Of a DNA stretch of 64,000 nt, positions 10,801-19,402 are shown in pieces (the stretch's first letter is position 1; each line of letters starts with the position of its first letter). This stretch comes from an uncultured Bdellovibrionales bacterium (GTDB taxonomy: Bacteria; Patescibacteriota; Minisyncoccia; Moranbacterales; UBA2206). The stretch lies in contig CAZWRY010000003.1 of NCBI GenBank assembly GCA_964636505.1, forward strand, positions 4,871-68,870, read 5' to 3'. A program made the position numbers and the translations under genes. Under the pieces are notes generated by a model. It had not been told where the DNA came from, ran no database searches, and saw only the letters and a list, made by a program, of their open reading frames with translations.

Positions 10801-11472
10801 TTAATACACAATTATCGTTATTTCTCCTTTGACTTTATCCGTATTGTTTTTAAAATATTCCAAAACTTCAGTAGCATCTCCTCTAATTATTTCTTCAAAC
10901 ATCTTAGTCAGTTCTCGGCCCATAATTATTTTTTTCTCAGCACTAAATTTTTTGAGCATTTCCAAATTTTTAATTAATCTGTACGGCGACTCATAATAAA
11001 CTACTGGATATTCCATTTCAGAAATTTTTTTGAAAAATGTTTCCCGACCCTTTTTGTGCGGCGGAAATCCCCAAAAAACAAACTTTTGCATATCAATTCC
11101 GGAAACACTGGCTAGCGTCGTGAGAGCTGAAACACCCGGAATTGGAATAACGGCAATACCATTCCCAATCGCCTCTTCTACCAATTGATTGCCCGGATCG
11201 GAAATTCCCGGCGTACCGGCGTCCGTTACCAGGGCTACATTTTCCCCGGCCTTGAGTTTTAAAATGATTTTATTAAACTTAACCGCTTTGGAATGCTGAT
11301 GAAAAGAAATAAGCGGCTTTTCAATTTCATAGTGAAAAAGCAATTTTTTCGTGTGACGCGTGTCTTCGCAGGCGATTAAATCAACTTTTTTGAACACTTC
11401 CAAAGCTCGCAAAGTAATGTCGCCCAGATTTCCAATCGGAGTCGCAATAATGTATAATATGCCTGTATCCAT
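10801..11472 (-). CDS. rsmI: 16S rRNA (cytidine1402-2'-O)-methyltransferase
   Basis: N-terminus LYIIATPIGNLGDITLRALEVFKKVDLIACEDTRHTKKLL is typical of RsmI. Confidence 0.85.
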   Translation of the reverse strand: MDTGILYIIATPIGNLGDITLRALEVFKKVDLIACEDTRHTKKLLFHYEIEKPLISFHQHSKAVKFNKIILKLKAGENVALVTDAGTPGISDPGNQLVEEAIGNGIAVIPIPGVSALTTLASVSGIDMQKFVFWGFPPHKKGRETFFKKISEMEYPVVYYESPYRLIKNLEMLKKFSAEKKIIMGRELTKMFEEIIRGDATEVLEYFKNNTDKVKGEITIIVY

Positions 11473-11511
11473 ATAATAAATGTACCAACAATTCGGTATT
11501 TTAGCAATTTT

Positions 11512-11979
11512 ATGATTCTAACAACCCATTTGCTCGCCGGAGCTACAATTGGAAAAAATATAGATAACTCCTGGTTTATCATTCCCATCGCCATTTTAGC
11601 TCATTTTGCTTTGGATGCCTTGCCGCACGGCGAATATATCAACTCCCCCAAGAAAAAACTGTCCTTGAAAAGCATAATGCAAAGAATTATTTTGGATTTG
11701 TCTTTTGGATTAATTCTAGTTTTTTCTCTTATCCATCTCAAAAATTTAAGCACCTTGGAAGTAAAAAATATTTTGCTGGGTTCTTTTTTCTCAATTTTTC
11801 CTGATTTTATGACAGTCCTAAAATTAAAATTTAATTTCAAATTCCTGGATAAAATTCACGCTTTTCACCACTGGGTCCATTACACCTCTAGAAAATTAAA
11901 AGACAACTATTGGAATTTTTCCAACGCTAGAAATGATATTCTTGTTTCCATAGCTGCTTTACTAATCTTTCTTATTTAG
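11512..11979 (+). CDS. Membrane protein, possibly YdjM/DUF457-like metal-dependent hydrolase
   Basis: Starts MILTTHLLAGATIG; His-rich (ILAHFALDALPHGEY, AFHHWVHY) with TM segments. Confidence 0.35.
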   Translation: MILTTHLLAGATIGKNIDNSWFIIPIAILAHFALDALPHGEYINSPKKKLSLKSIMQRIILDLSFGLILVFSLIHLKNLSTLEVKNILLGSFFSIFPDFMTVLKLKFNFKFLDKIHAFHHWVHYTSRKLKDNYWNFSNARNDILVSIAALLIFLI

Positions 11980-13010
11980 GCTTTTTCCCGATTAATCATC
12001 ATGTCTTCCACTGCAATATTGATGCCAGTGGCAATCGGAATGGCCAAAATTGCGCCCAAAACCCCTCCGAGTTTAAAGCCTATTAAGAGAGACAGGATCA
12101 CTACAATCGGGTTGAGTCCGACGGCTCTTTTCATAACCTGCGGAACAATCACGTGAGATTCAATTTGTTGAGACACAATATAAAGTAAAAGCGCAATCAG
12201 TCCTTTCCAAGGAGAAATTAAAAAGCCTAAAAGCACGCCCGGAACAGCTGAAATTATCGGTCCAAAAAAAGGAATGATTTCCATAAGTCCGGCGAAAAGA
12301 GCCAGGATAAAGGCATAGGGAATGCCCAAAACAGAAAGCCAGATAAAATCCAAAATAAAAATAGAAAGCATAACCAGAAGTTGCCCCTGCATCCATTTGC
12401 CAATTTTATTTTTTATTCTAATGACCAGCGAGGTAGCATACTCTTCCTGCTTTTTTGGCACTATCGCTACGATAAAATTTTTAATACCATCTTCCCGAAC
12501 AGTCATATAAAAAACCAGGGCAAAAACAACTACAACTGAAATGATCCCGGAAAAGAAACCAACAGTTGTGGTAAAAATATTTCCCGATATTTCAGAAAAA
12601 TTTCCTTTAATATTTTCCCAAATATTCGCGGCATCTGAAGATGTGCCATTGCTTTGAACTTGAAAATAGTTTTCAACTCCTGAAAAAAGATGGTTAAAAT
12701 TTTGTGAATATTCTGGAATTTTTTTAATCAATTCTTTAAATTGATCGGTGAGATAAGGGATCATAAAAAAAGAAGCCAGTCCCAAAAATACAAGCAAAAA
12801 AAGATAGATAAGTAAAATACCGAGTCCCCTCCCAATTCCTTTTTTCTGCATCCAATTTACGACTGGTTCAATGAGCGCCACAATTAAAACGGAAACAAAA
12901 AGCAAGGCGATAATATCCCTTACGACATATAAAAACCAAAGGGCCAGGATAATTAAAATCGTCCTAAAAATTATCCCAGTAGAAATGTTAACCGTTTGTT
13001 TTTCTAACAT
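11976..13010 (-). CDS. AI-2E family (UPF0118/PerM) transporter
   Basis: Eight-TM topology with a characteristic AI-2E N-terminus. Confidence 0.8.
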   Translation of the reverse strand: MLEKQTVNISTGIIFRTILIILALWFLYVVRDIIALLFVSVLIVALIEPVVNWMQKKGIGRGLGILLIYLFLLVFLGLASFFMIPYLTDQFKELIKKIPEYSQNFNHLFSGVENYFQVQSNGTSSDAANIWENIKGNFSEISGNIFTTTVGFFSGIISVVVVFALVFYMTVREDGIKNFIVAIVPKKQEEYATSLVIRIKNKIGKWMQGQLLVMLSIFILDFIWLSVLGIPYAFILALFAGLMEIIPFFGPIISAVPGVLLGFLISPWKGLIALLLYIVSQQIESHVIVPQVMKRAVGLNPIVVILSLLIGFKLGGVLGAILAIPIATGINIAVEDMMINREKA

Positions 13011-13014
13011 AAAC

Positions 13015-14283
13015 TTATACCTTCAATAATTTCTCTATTTTTTTAGCATTTTTATGTGGACCAATAATTGCTAAATTCAATTTATTATTTTGAAAAACAT
13101 CTTTAGCAACCCTCAAAATATCGCTTGTTTTGACCCTGTCAATATGCTCAAAAATTTCTTTTACTGTCATTATTTTTTTCTTACGAAGTTCTTGGTTAAG
13201 AAAAAACATAGCTACTTCATCCGAAGCCTCCAGTCCCATCAAACTCTTGCCCTTAATAAAATCCTTGGCCTTTTGTAATTCTTTTTCGCTCACTAAATTT
13301 TCAGATATTTTTTTATATTCCTTCAGAATAATCTCTAGGGTTTTTTCTAAATTTTTGTGTTCTACGCCAGCATTTGAGGCTAAATATCCACAATCAGCAA
13401 AGGCCTCTATGCCACTTCTAACATAATAGGCTAGCCCCCTTCTCTCTCGAACTTCAATAAATAAGCGACTGGACATATTGCCCCCCAAAATTACCGACAG
13501 AAGAGAGAGTGCGAAACGATCTTTGTGATTTTCATCATAAGCCCTTGTCCCTAAAATCAGATGAGTTTGATCTGTTTTCTTAAATTTTATTTTTAATTCA
13601 GGCTTTTTTTGATTTTCTTTTACTTTTTCTATTTCGGATTTTTTGTCTTTGAGCATTTTGGAGAAATATTTTTTAATTTGTGATTTAATCTTTTTTTCAT
13701 TAAATTTTCCGGCTACACAAATGACTGTATCATTGGCCGTATAAAATTTTCTGATATAATCCATGAAATTTTTTCTCTCAAAGCTCTGAACGGTTTTTTT
13801 ATTTCCGATAATTTTTCTTCCTAAAGAATTTCCAATATATAAAAGTTCTTCGAGAATATTCCAGGCATCCGTAATCGGAGTATCTTCATACATATTAAGT
13901 TCTTGAATAATTGTACCTTTTTCTTTTTCAATTTCTGCTGCATCAATTTTAGAATGCAAATACATATCTGAAACAACATCCAAAGCCAAATCTATGTGTT
14001 TAGAATCAACTTTGACGTAATACATTGTTGAATCTTTGGAGGTGAACGCATTGTATTCCCCACCGATGGCATCCAGTTCTTCAGAAATTGAAAGCGCTGT
14101 TGGTCTTTTTTCTGTTCCCTTGAACATCATATGTTCAATAAAATGAGAAAGTCCGGCTTCTTTTTCTTTTTCATAACGGGAACCGACACCCACTGCAATT
14201 AAAACAGTAGCTGTCTCAGTTTCTTTCATGGGAACTGTAATGAGGCGCAGTCCATTAGCAAGTTTTATTTTCTTGTAGTTCAT
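13015..14283 (-). CDS. M16-family (insulinase/pitrilysin) zinc peptidase
   Basis: Inverted zinc motif HFIEHMMFKGTEKR (HxxEH). Confidence 0.85.
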   Translation of the reverse strand: MNYKKIKLANGLRLITVPMKETETATVLIAVGVGSRYEKEKEAGLSHFIEHMMFKGTEKRPTALSISEELDAIGGEYNAFTSKDSTMYYVKVDSKHIDLALDVVSDMYLHSKIDAAEIEKEKGTIIQELNMYEDTPITDAWNILEELLYIGNSLGRKIIGNKKTVQSFERKNFMDYIRKFYTANDTVICVAGKFNEKKIKSQIKKYFSKMLKDKKSEIEKVKENQKKPELKIKFKKTDQTHLILGTRAYDENHKDRFALSLLSVILGGNMSSRLFIEVRERRGLAYYVRSGIEAFADCGYLASNAGVEHKNLEKTLEIILKEYKKISENLVSEKELQKAKDFIKGKSLMGLEASDEVAMFFLNQELRKKKIMTVKEIFEHIDRVKTSDILRVAKDVFQNNKLNLAIIGPHKNAKKIEKLLKV

Positions 14284-14337
14284 AGATATATGTAAATTAG
14301 CTTCTAATAGGATTATATGCTAACCGGGATTAAAACT

Positions 14338-15288
14338 TTATTTCTTTTTATTCCTGCTGACTCTGATTAAGCCGGAACAAGGCACAATTTCAATGCCTTT
14401 CTTTTCTAATTCGTCCAAAAATAAATTCATACCCAGAGAATCAGAAGAAATGTGTCCGGCAATAACCACGTTGATATGATATTTTTCCGCTTCTTTACGG
14501 CTTTCTTCATTCATATGCATCCCGATAATAGTTCCGACTCCCGCTTGAGAAAGTTTTTCATAGATATCTTTACTATTAGATGTGCCGCCGGTAATTTCCG
14601 TTAAGGCAATCTTGCCGATCCTGTTTTCCTTGGCGCCGGCAAAAATAGTCGGCCCGAAACCTTTTTTGGCCGCTTCTTTGTATTCTGGAATTTCCATAAG
14701 CGATTCAATAATATCCTCAACATATTCGGGTTTATCTTTCTTTAATTTTTCATCCACAAATTTAGCCACTAAATTATCCGCTGGAGTATGCACGTTCAAA
14801 AGTCCAATTTTTAAAAGCTTGGCTGCATCAGAAGCCTGATAATGATTTTCAGGATTAACTCCTCGGCTCACTTCGCAAACCCTTTTTTTGGTTAGACTCT
14901 CAGCAATATTTATCGGCACGCCATATTGTTCTAAAACATCTGCTTGCAGATGCATTACGTCATCCAAGCCAGTAAGCCCCATTCCCAAAGGATGATGGCC
15001 GATAACAGTGCTTATACCCAACTCTTTAGCTAACAACAACTCAGCTGTTTCAATATCAATGCCCGCCATCGCTTTTTTGATGTTTTTGTTTCCATTTTCA
15101 AATTGAATACGGGAGTCTGAATATGGATTTGTTAGTTTTTCCTTATCAAAAATTTCTTTCTCTTCTTTGGAAAGTTTTTCATATTTTTCTTTTATTCTTT
15201 TCAGATTTTTTTGAATTTGGCCACTGGAACGAAAGTCATTTTCAATTCCCATCTTGATCGCCAATTTATATATGTCTTGGATATTCAT
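14338..15288 (-). CDS. Nif3-family dinuclear metal centre protein
   Basis: VIGHHPLGMG, HTPADN and AGHISSDSLG are typical of Nif3/YqfO. Confidence 0.75.
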   Translation of the reverse strand: MNIQDIYKLAIKMGIENDFRSSGQIQKNLKRIKEKYEKLSKEEKEIFDKEKLTNPYSDSRIQFENGNKNIKKAMAGIDIETAELLLAKELGISTVIGHHPLGMGLTGLDDVMHLQADVLEQYGVPINIAESLTKKRVCEVSRGVNPENHYQASDAAKLLKIGLLNVHTPADNLVAKFVDEKLKKDKPEYVEDIIESLMEIPEYKEAAKKGFGPTIFAGAKENRIGKIALTEITGGTSNSKDIYEKLSQAGVGTIIGMHMNEESRKEAEKYHINVVIAGHISSDSLGMNLFLDELEKKGIEIVPCSGLIRVSRNKKK

Positions 15289-15289
15289 A

Positions 15290-16672
15290 TTATTGTGCCA
15301 ATTTATTTCTTAAATAATTTTCAAGTTCCGTTATCTCGATTCTTTTTTGCTGCATCGTGTCTCTATCTCTCACGGTCACCGCTTGGTCTTCCAGAGTTTC
15401 AAAATCAACGGTGATGCAAAACGGCGTACCAATTTCATCTTGGCGGCGATATCTTTTTCCGACGTTGCCATTATCATCAAATTCACACATATATTCCATT
15501 TTTAATTTATCGTAAATTTCTTTGGCTTTGGATACCAATTCTGGCTTATTTTTCATAAGTGGGAAAACAGCCACTTTTACCGGAGAGAGTTTTTTATTCA
15601 TTTTCAAAACAACCCTGGTGTCTTTTTCTGTTTTTTCTTCCATGTAAGCATCGCACAGCACGGCCAAGAATATTCTGGCTATTCCGACTGAAGATTCAAT
15701 GATATGCGGCATATATTTTTCCCTATTTACCGGGTCTTGATAAGACAGGTCTTGTCCGGAAAATTTTGAATGCTGTGCCAAGTCATAGTTACCTCTGGCA
15801 TGTAATCCTTCCAGTTCCGCAAAGCCAAACGGAAAATTATATTCAATATCATAGGCTTTTTTGGCATAGAAAACCAGGTTTTCATGTTTGTGCCATTTCA
15901 AATTTTCATCCTTGATTCCCAGATTTTGAAAAAATTTCCAGCGATACTCGCGCAATTTTTCATATTCGCTATTTTCAGCGTCAGGTTTCACAAAGTACTG
16001 CATTTCCATTTGCTCAAACTCGCGTGTGCGGAAAATAAACTGGCGAGCTGTAATTTCATTGCGAAAAGCTTTGCCGATTTGCGCGATTCCAAAAGGAATT
16101 TTCACGCGCGTAGAATCCAAAACATTTTTGTAATTTACATATATACCCTGACAAGTTTCTCCCCGAAGATAAACAGGATTTTTATCCCAATCTTCGGTGA
16201 AGTTCCCCAAATTGGCTTTTACTAGTAAATTGAATTTCTTAACTTCTGTCCAATCGCTTGTGCCACAATCTGGACATTTTATTTTTTCTTTGTTTTCTGA
16301 AAATATTTTATTTATTTCATCTTCTCCCATTTTTTCATCCGCTGTAATTCCAACTCTTTCCAAAAGATGATCCACTCTGAGCCTGGCATGACATTTTTTG
16401 CATTCCGATAAAGGATCGGAAAAACCGCCCACATGCCCGGAAGCTTCCCAGATTTTTGGGTTCATAAAAATAGCACTATCAAGACCCACGATATCATCCC
16501 GCATCTGAACCATGTATTTCCACCATTCTTTTTTAATATTGTTTTCCAGCTCTGTTCCGTATGGACCAAAATCATAAATGGCTGAAAATCCACCATAAAT
16601 TTCGGATGAAGGATAAACAAATCCTCTGCGCTTGCAAAGAGAAACAATTTTTTCCATTAAATTTTCTGACAT
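15290..16672 (-). CDS. glyQS: Glycyl-tRNA synthetase, class II alpha2 type
   Basis: N-terminus RRGFVYPSSEIYGGFSAIYDFGPYG and class II motifs. Confidence 0.9.
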   Translation of the reverse strand: MSENLMEKIVSLCKRRGFVYPSSEIYGGFSAIYDFGPYGTELENNIKKEWWKYMVQMRDDIVGLDSAIFMNPKIWEASGHVGGFSDPLSECKKCHARLRVDHLLERVGITADEKMGEDEINKIFSENKEKIKCPDCGTSDWTEVKKFNLLVKANLGNFTEDWDKNPVYLRGETCQGIYVNYKNVLDSTRVKIPFGIAQIGKAFRNEITARQFIFRTREFEQMEMQYFVKPDAENSEYEKLREYRWKFFQNLGIKDENLKWHKHENLVFYAKKAYDIEYNFPFGFAELEGLHARGNYDLAQHSKFSGQDLSYQDPVNREKYMPHIIESSVGIARIFLAVLCDAYMEEKTEKDTRVVLKMNKKLSPVKVAVFPLMKNKPELVSKAKEIYDKLKMEYMCEFDDNGNVGKRYRRQDEIGTPFCITVDFETLEDQAVTVRDRDTMQQKRIEITELENYLRNKLAQ

Positions 16673-16697
16673 AAGTTTTTATTTTAAAAATGATTTG

Positions 16698-16768
16698 TGG
16701 ACTTAGCGAGAATCGAACTCGCGTCCCCGCAATGCGAATGCGGTGTGCTACCACTATACCATAAGCCC
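16698..16768 (-). tRNA. tRNA-Ala(CGC)
   Basis: Cloverleaf: acceptor GGGCUUA/UAAGUCC with the G3:U70 Ala identity pair; anticodon stem CCGCA/UGCGG; loop UUCGCAU; T-arm GCGAG-UUCGAUU-CUCGC. No encoded CCA. Confidence 0.85.
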
Positions 16769-16796
16769 TAAATATTTAATTATAACAGAAATATTG

Positions 16797-16837
16797 TGCC
16801 TGCTAGCAGGCAGGTTATACCACTAGACCATAGGCCC
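16797..16837 (-). pseudogene. tRNA-Ala-like 5'-half remnant fused to a palindromic hairpin
   Basis: GGGCCUAUGGUCUAGUGGUAUAACCUGCC matches the acceptor-5' and D-arm of the adjacent tRNA in about 24 of 29 positions. It is followed by UGCCUGC-UA-GCAGGCA and a U-rich tail, with no T-arm or 3' acceptor strand. Confidence 0.45.
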
Positions 16838-16862
16838 AAGTATTCTAAGCTATGATGTAGGT

Positions 16863-16942
16863 GAAGTATAATTTTAGAGGCTTATTGTAAAAAATAAGAA
16901 TAGTCTTTCCATATCAATTCGGCTCTAAAATCATATTTCATC
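16863..16942 (-). repeat. Conserved leader hairpin element, copy A (second copy at 25304..25388)
   Basis: Shares the core AUUUUAGAGCCGAAUUGAUA ... CAAUAAGCCUCUAAAAUUAU with copy B; the arms pair, including G-U wobbles, and the loop differs. Preceded by duplicated ATGATTTT 8-mers and an AT-rich putative promoter. Confidence 0.4.
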
Positions 16943-16963
16943 AAAATCATATAATAATAAATT

Positions 16964-18196
16964 TTATAAATATTTTCTATTCTGAAGTTCCTTGGGCAAG
17001 TATTCTTGTTTAGAGCTGTCTTCAAGCGGAGTGTATTTGTAGCCCTTGCTATAACCCAAATCTTTCATCAGTTTTGTTGGCGCATTGCGAATATGCAGCG
17101 GCACCGGCAAATTACCAAATTCCTCTACATCTTTTTTGGCTTTATTATAGGCTAAATAGGCCGAAACACTTTTTTTGCTTTTGGCCAAATAAATGACGCA
17201 TTGCGCCAAATGAACGCTACATTCAGGATAACCCAGTTTATGGCAAGCGTCAAAAACCGCGTTAGCCAAAAGAAGGGCTGTATTATTGGCTAAACCGATA
17301 TCTTCAGAAGCAAAACGCACCAAGCGTCTGGCAATATATAAAGGGTCTTCTCCGCCTTCAATCATTCGCGCTAGCCAATACAAAGCTGCATCCGCATCAC
17401 CGCCGCGCATTGATTTGTGCAGCGCCGAAATAATATTGTAATGCTCTTCGCCGGTCTTGTCATAAAGAAGATGCGATTTTTGTAGAATTTTTTTGATCAG
17501 TTCTTCAGTTATTTTAGTACCTTGTCCCAAGCTCGCCTCCAAAGTATTCAGTGCCATCCGTGCATCGCCATTGGAAAAATTCGCAATCATTTCAAGAGCT
17601 TCCATCGGCACTTTTTTGTTTATTTTTTGGATAGCTCTTTGCAAGATTTTTTCAATATCTTTTTTCTCAAGTCTTTGCAAAACAAAAACACGCGCCCGCG
17701 AAAGCAAAGCGGAAATAACTTCAAAGCCAGGATTCTCAGTTGTAGCTCCGATCAAAATAAGTGTGCCGTTTTCTACATAGGGCAAGAGCGCATCTTGCTG
17801 GGCTTTGTTCCAACGATGAATTTCATCTATAAACAAAACAGTCTTGCGGCCGATCTTTTTATTTTCCTTGGCGCTTTCAATTATTTTAAGTAAATCTTTT
17901 TTGCCACTTACTACAGCGCTGATATTTAAAAAATCAGCTTTAGTTTCTTTAGCAATAATAAAAGCCAAGGTGGTTTTCCCGGATCCGGGCGGACCCCAAA
18001 AAATGAGCGATGGCACATTGTCATTTTTGATTGCCTGGCGCAAAAAAGATTTTTTACCCAAAAGCTCAACTTGCCCAAAAACTTCCTCAAGTTTTTGAGG
18101 CCGGACAGCATCCGCCAGTGGCACATTCTCACTTGTTTTTAGACTTAAATTCGCTTTCATCAAGCCTATTTTACCCCAAAACAAGGCTTTTGGCAA
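16964..18196 (-). CDS. rarA: Replication-associated recombination protein A (AAA+ ATPase)
   Basis: Walker A GPPGSGKTT, Walker B LFIDEIHR, and the MgsA C-terminal domain. Confidence 0.85.
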   Translation of the reverse strand: MPKALFWGKIGLMKANLSLKTSENVPLADAVRPQKLEEVFGQVELLGKKSFLRQAIKNDNVPSLIFWGPPGSGKTTLAFIIAKETKADFLNISAVVSGKKDLLKIIESAKENKKIGRKTVLFIDEIHRWNKAQQDALLPYVENGTLILIGATTENPGFEVISALLSRARVFVLQRLEKKDIEKILQRAIQKINKKVPMEALEMIANFSNGDARMALNTLEASLGQGTKITEELIKKILQKSHLLYDKTGEEHYNIISALHKSMRGGDADAALYWLARMIEGGEDPLYIARRLVRFASEDIGLANNTALLLANAVFDACHKLGYPECSVHLAQCVIYLAKSKKSVSAYLAYNKAKKDVEEFGNLPVPLHIRNAPTKLMKDLGYSKGYKYTPLEDSSKQEYLPKELQNRKYL

Positions 18197-18256
18197 AAAT
18201 AAAAAGTGTTCAACTATTTTTTAATTTATTTAATTAAAATCTTCAGAAGAAAAAAA

Positions 18257-19396
18257 TTATTTTCTCAATTTTTTTATCAAATCTACATAAAACTTGAGAT
18301 TATGCATAGCCGCGAGACGCATAGCCAAAGGTTCTTTTTTAACAAACAAATACCGCAAATAACTCTTAGAATAGTTTTTGCAAAGTTCGCAATCGCAATT
18401 CCTATCTATTAAAGAAAAATCTTTCTTATATTTTTCATTATTGATATTAATTGTTTCATAAAACTTTCCTTTTAGGTTTTTAAAACTACCTTTTCGTATA
18501 AAAAGACGTCCGTGTCTGCCTTCTCTGGTTGGGATTACGCAATCAAACATATCCCAGCCCATGTTAGCGCAGCGAACGATATCTTCCAGCGTGCCAATAC
18601 CCAAAGCAAAACGCAAAGAATTTTCTGGAATCAAATCAACTGTAAATTTCAAAACTTCTTCCATAAAATTTCCTTCTGCATCCAAATGCCGGGCGCCGAA
18701 ACCATACCCATCCCAACCTATGGCTGGTCCGCCCTTGGCGGAAAATCCAATTTTTATTAGTCCTTCCACGCATTTTTTTCTAAGGTCCGTGTACCCGCCA
18801 CCTTGAATTACACAAAAAATCAAAGGCCTGTTTTCTTTTTTTATTTTTCTAGCCTTAAGTTGTTTCTTATACTCAATCATGCACCTTTCCGCCCAAGCCA
18901 ATGTCCGATCTACAGCTTTCGCTATTTTTTCCTTACTGCTTGAGTTAGGCGGCGGATCATCAAAGCAAACCATCATATCCACACCCAAATCAAATTGGAT
19001 TTGAATTGATTTCTCCGGTGTGATTATGTGTTTAGATCCATCCAGCGGCGAATGAAAAACAACACCATCATCGGTTACTTTTCCCATCTTGGGATTTTTG
19101 TGAATCAGAGAAAAAACTTGATATCCCCCGCTATCGGAAAGCAAGGCTTTATTCCAATTCATAAAGCCATGGATGCCCTTAGCTTTTTTGATAAATTCCA
19201 CCCCGGGTTGTAGAAAAAGATGATAGGTATTAACCACCATCGGTTCAATACCAATTTTCTGCAAATCATTTTTACTCAGCGATCTCACAAAACCATAAGT
19301 CGCATCCGGCATAAAAAACGGAGAATTAATTTCTCCGCTTTTTGTTTTTAAGACGCCGATTCTTTTTTTGCCGCTAGTTTTCTTTATATAAAACAT
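18257..19396 (-). CDS. tgt: Queuine tRNA-ribosyltransferase
   Basis: Conserved TGT N-terminus and zinc site CDCELC. Confidence 0.9.
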   Translation of the reverse strand: MFYIKKTSGKKRIGVLKTKSGEINSPFFMPDATYGFVRSLSKNDLQKIGIEPMVVNTYHLFLQPGVEFIKKAKGIHGFMNWNKALLSDSGGYQVFSLIHKNPKMGKVTDDGVVFHSPLDGSKHIITPEKSIQIQFDLGVDMMVCFDDPPPNSSSKEKIAKAVDRTLAWAERCMIEYKKQLKARKIKKENRPLIFCVIQGGGYTDLRKKCVEGLIKIGFSAKGGPAIGWDGYGFGARHLDAEGNFMEEVLKFTVDLIPENSLRFALGIGTLEDIVRCANMGWDMFDCVIPTREGRHGRLFIRKGSFKNLKGKFYETININNEKYKKDFSLIDRNCDCELCKNYSKSYLRYLFVKKEPLAMRLAAMHNLKFYVDLIKKLRK

Positions 19397-19402
19397 GATT
19401 TT

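Noticed and set aside
16673-16960. Possible glycine T-box upstream of glyQS
   Set aside because: No T-box antiterminator motif; the space is occupied by tRNA-Ala and a tRNA-like remnant. The D-loop-like AGUGGUA only superficially resembles GGUGGUACC.
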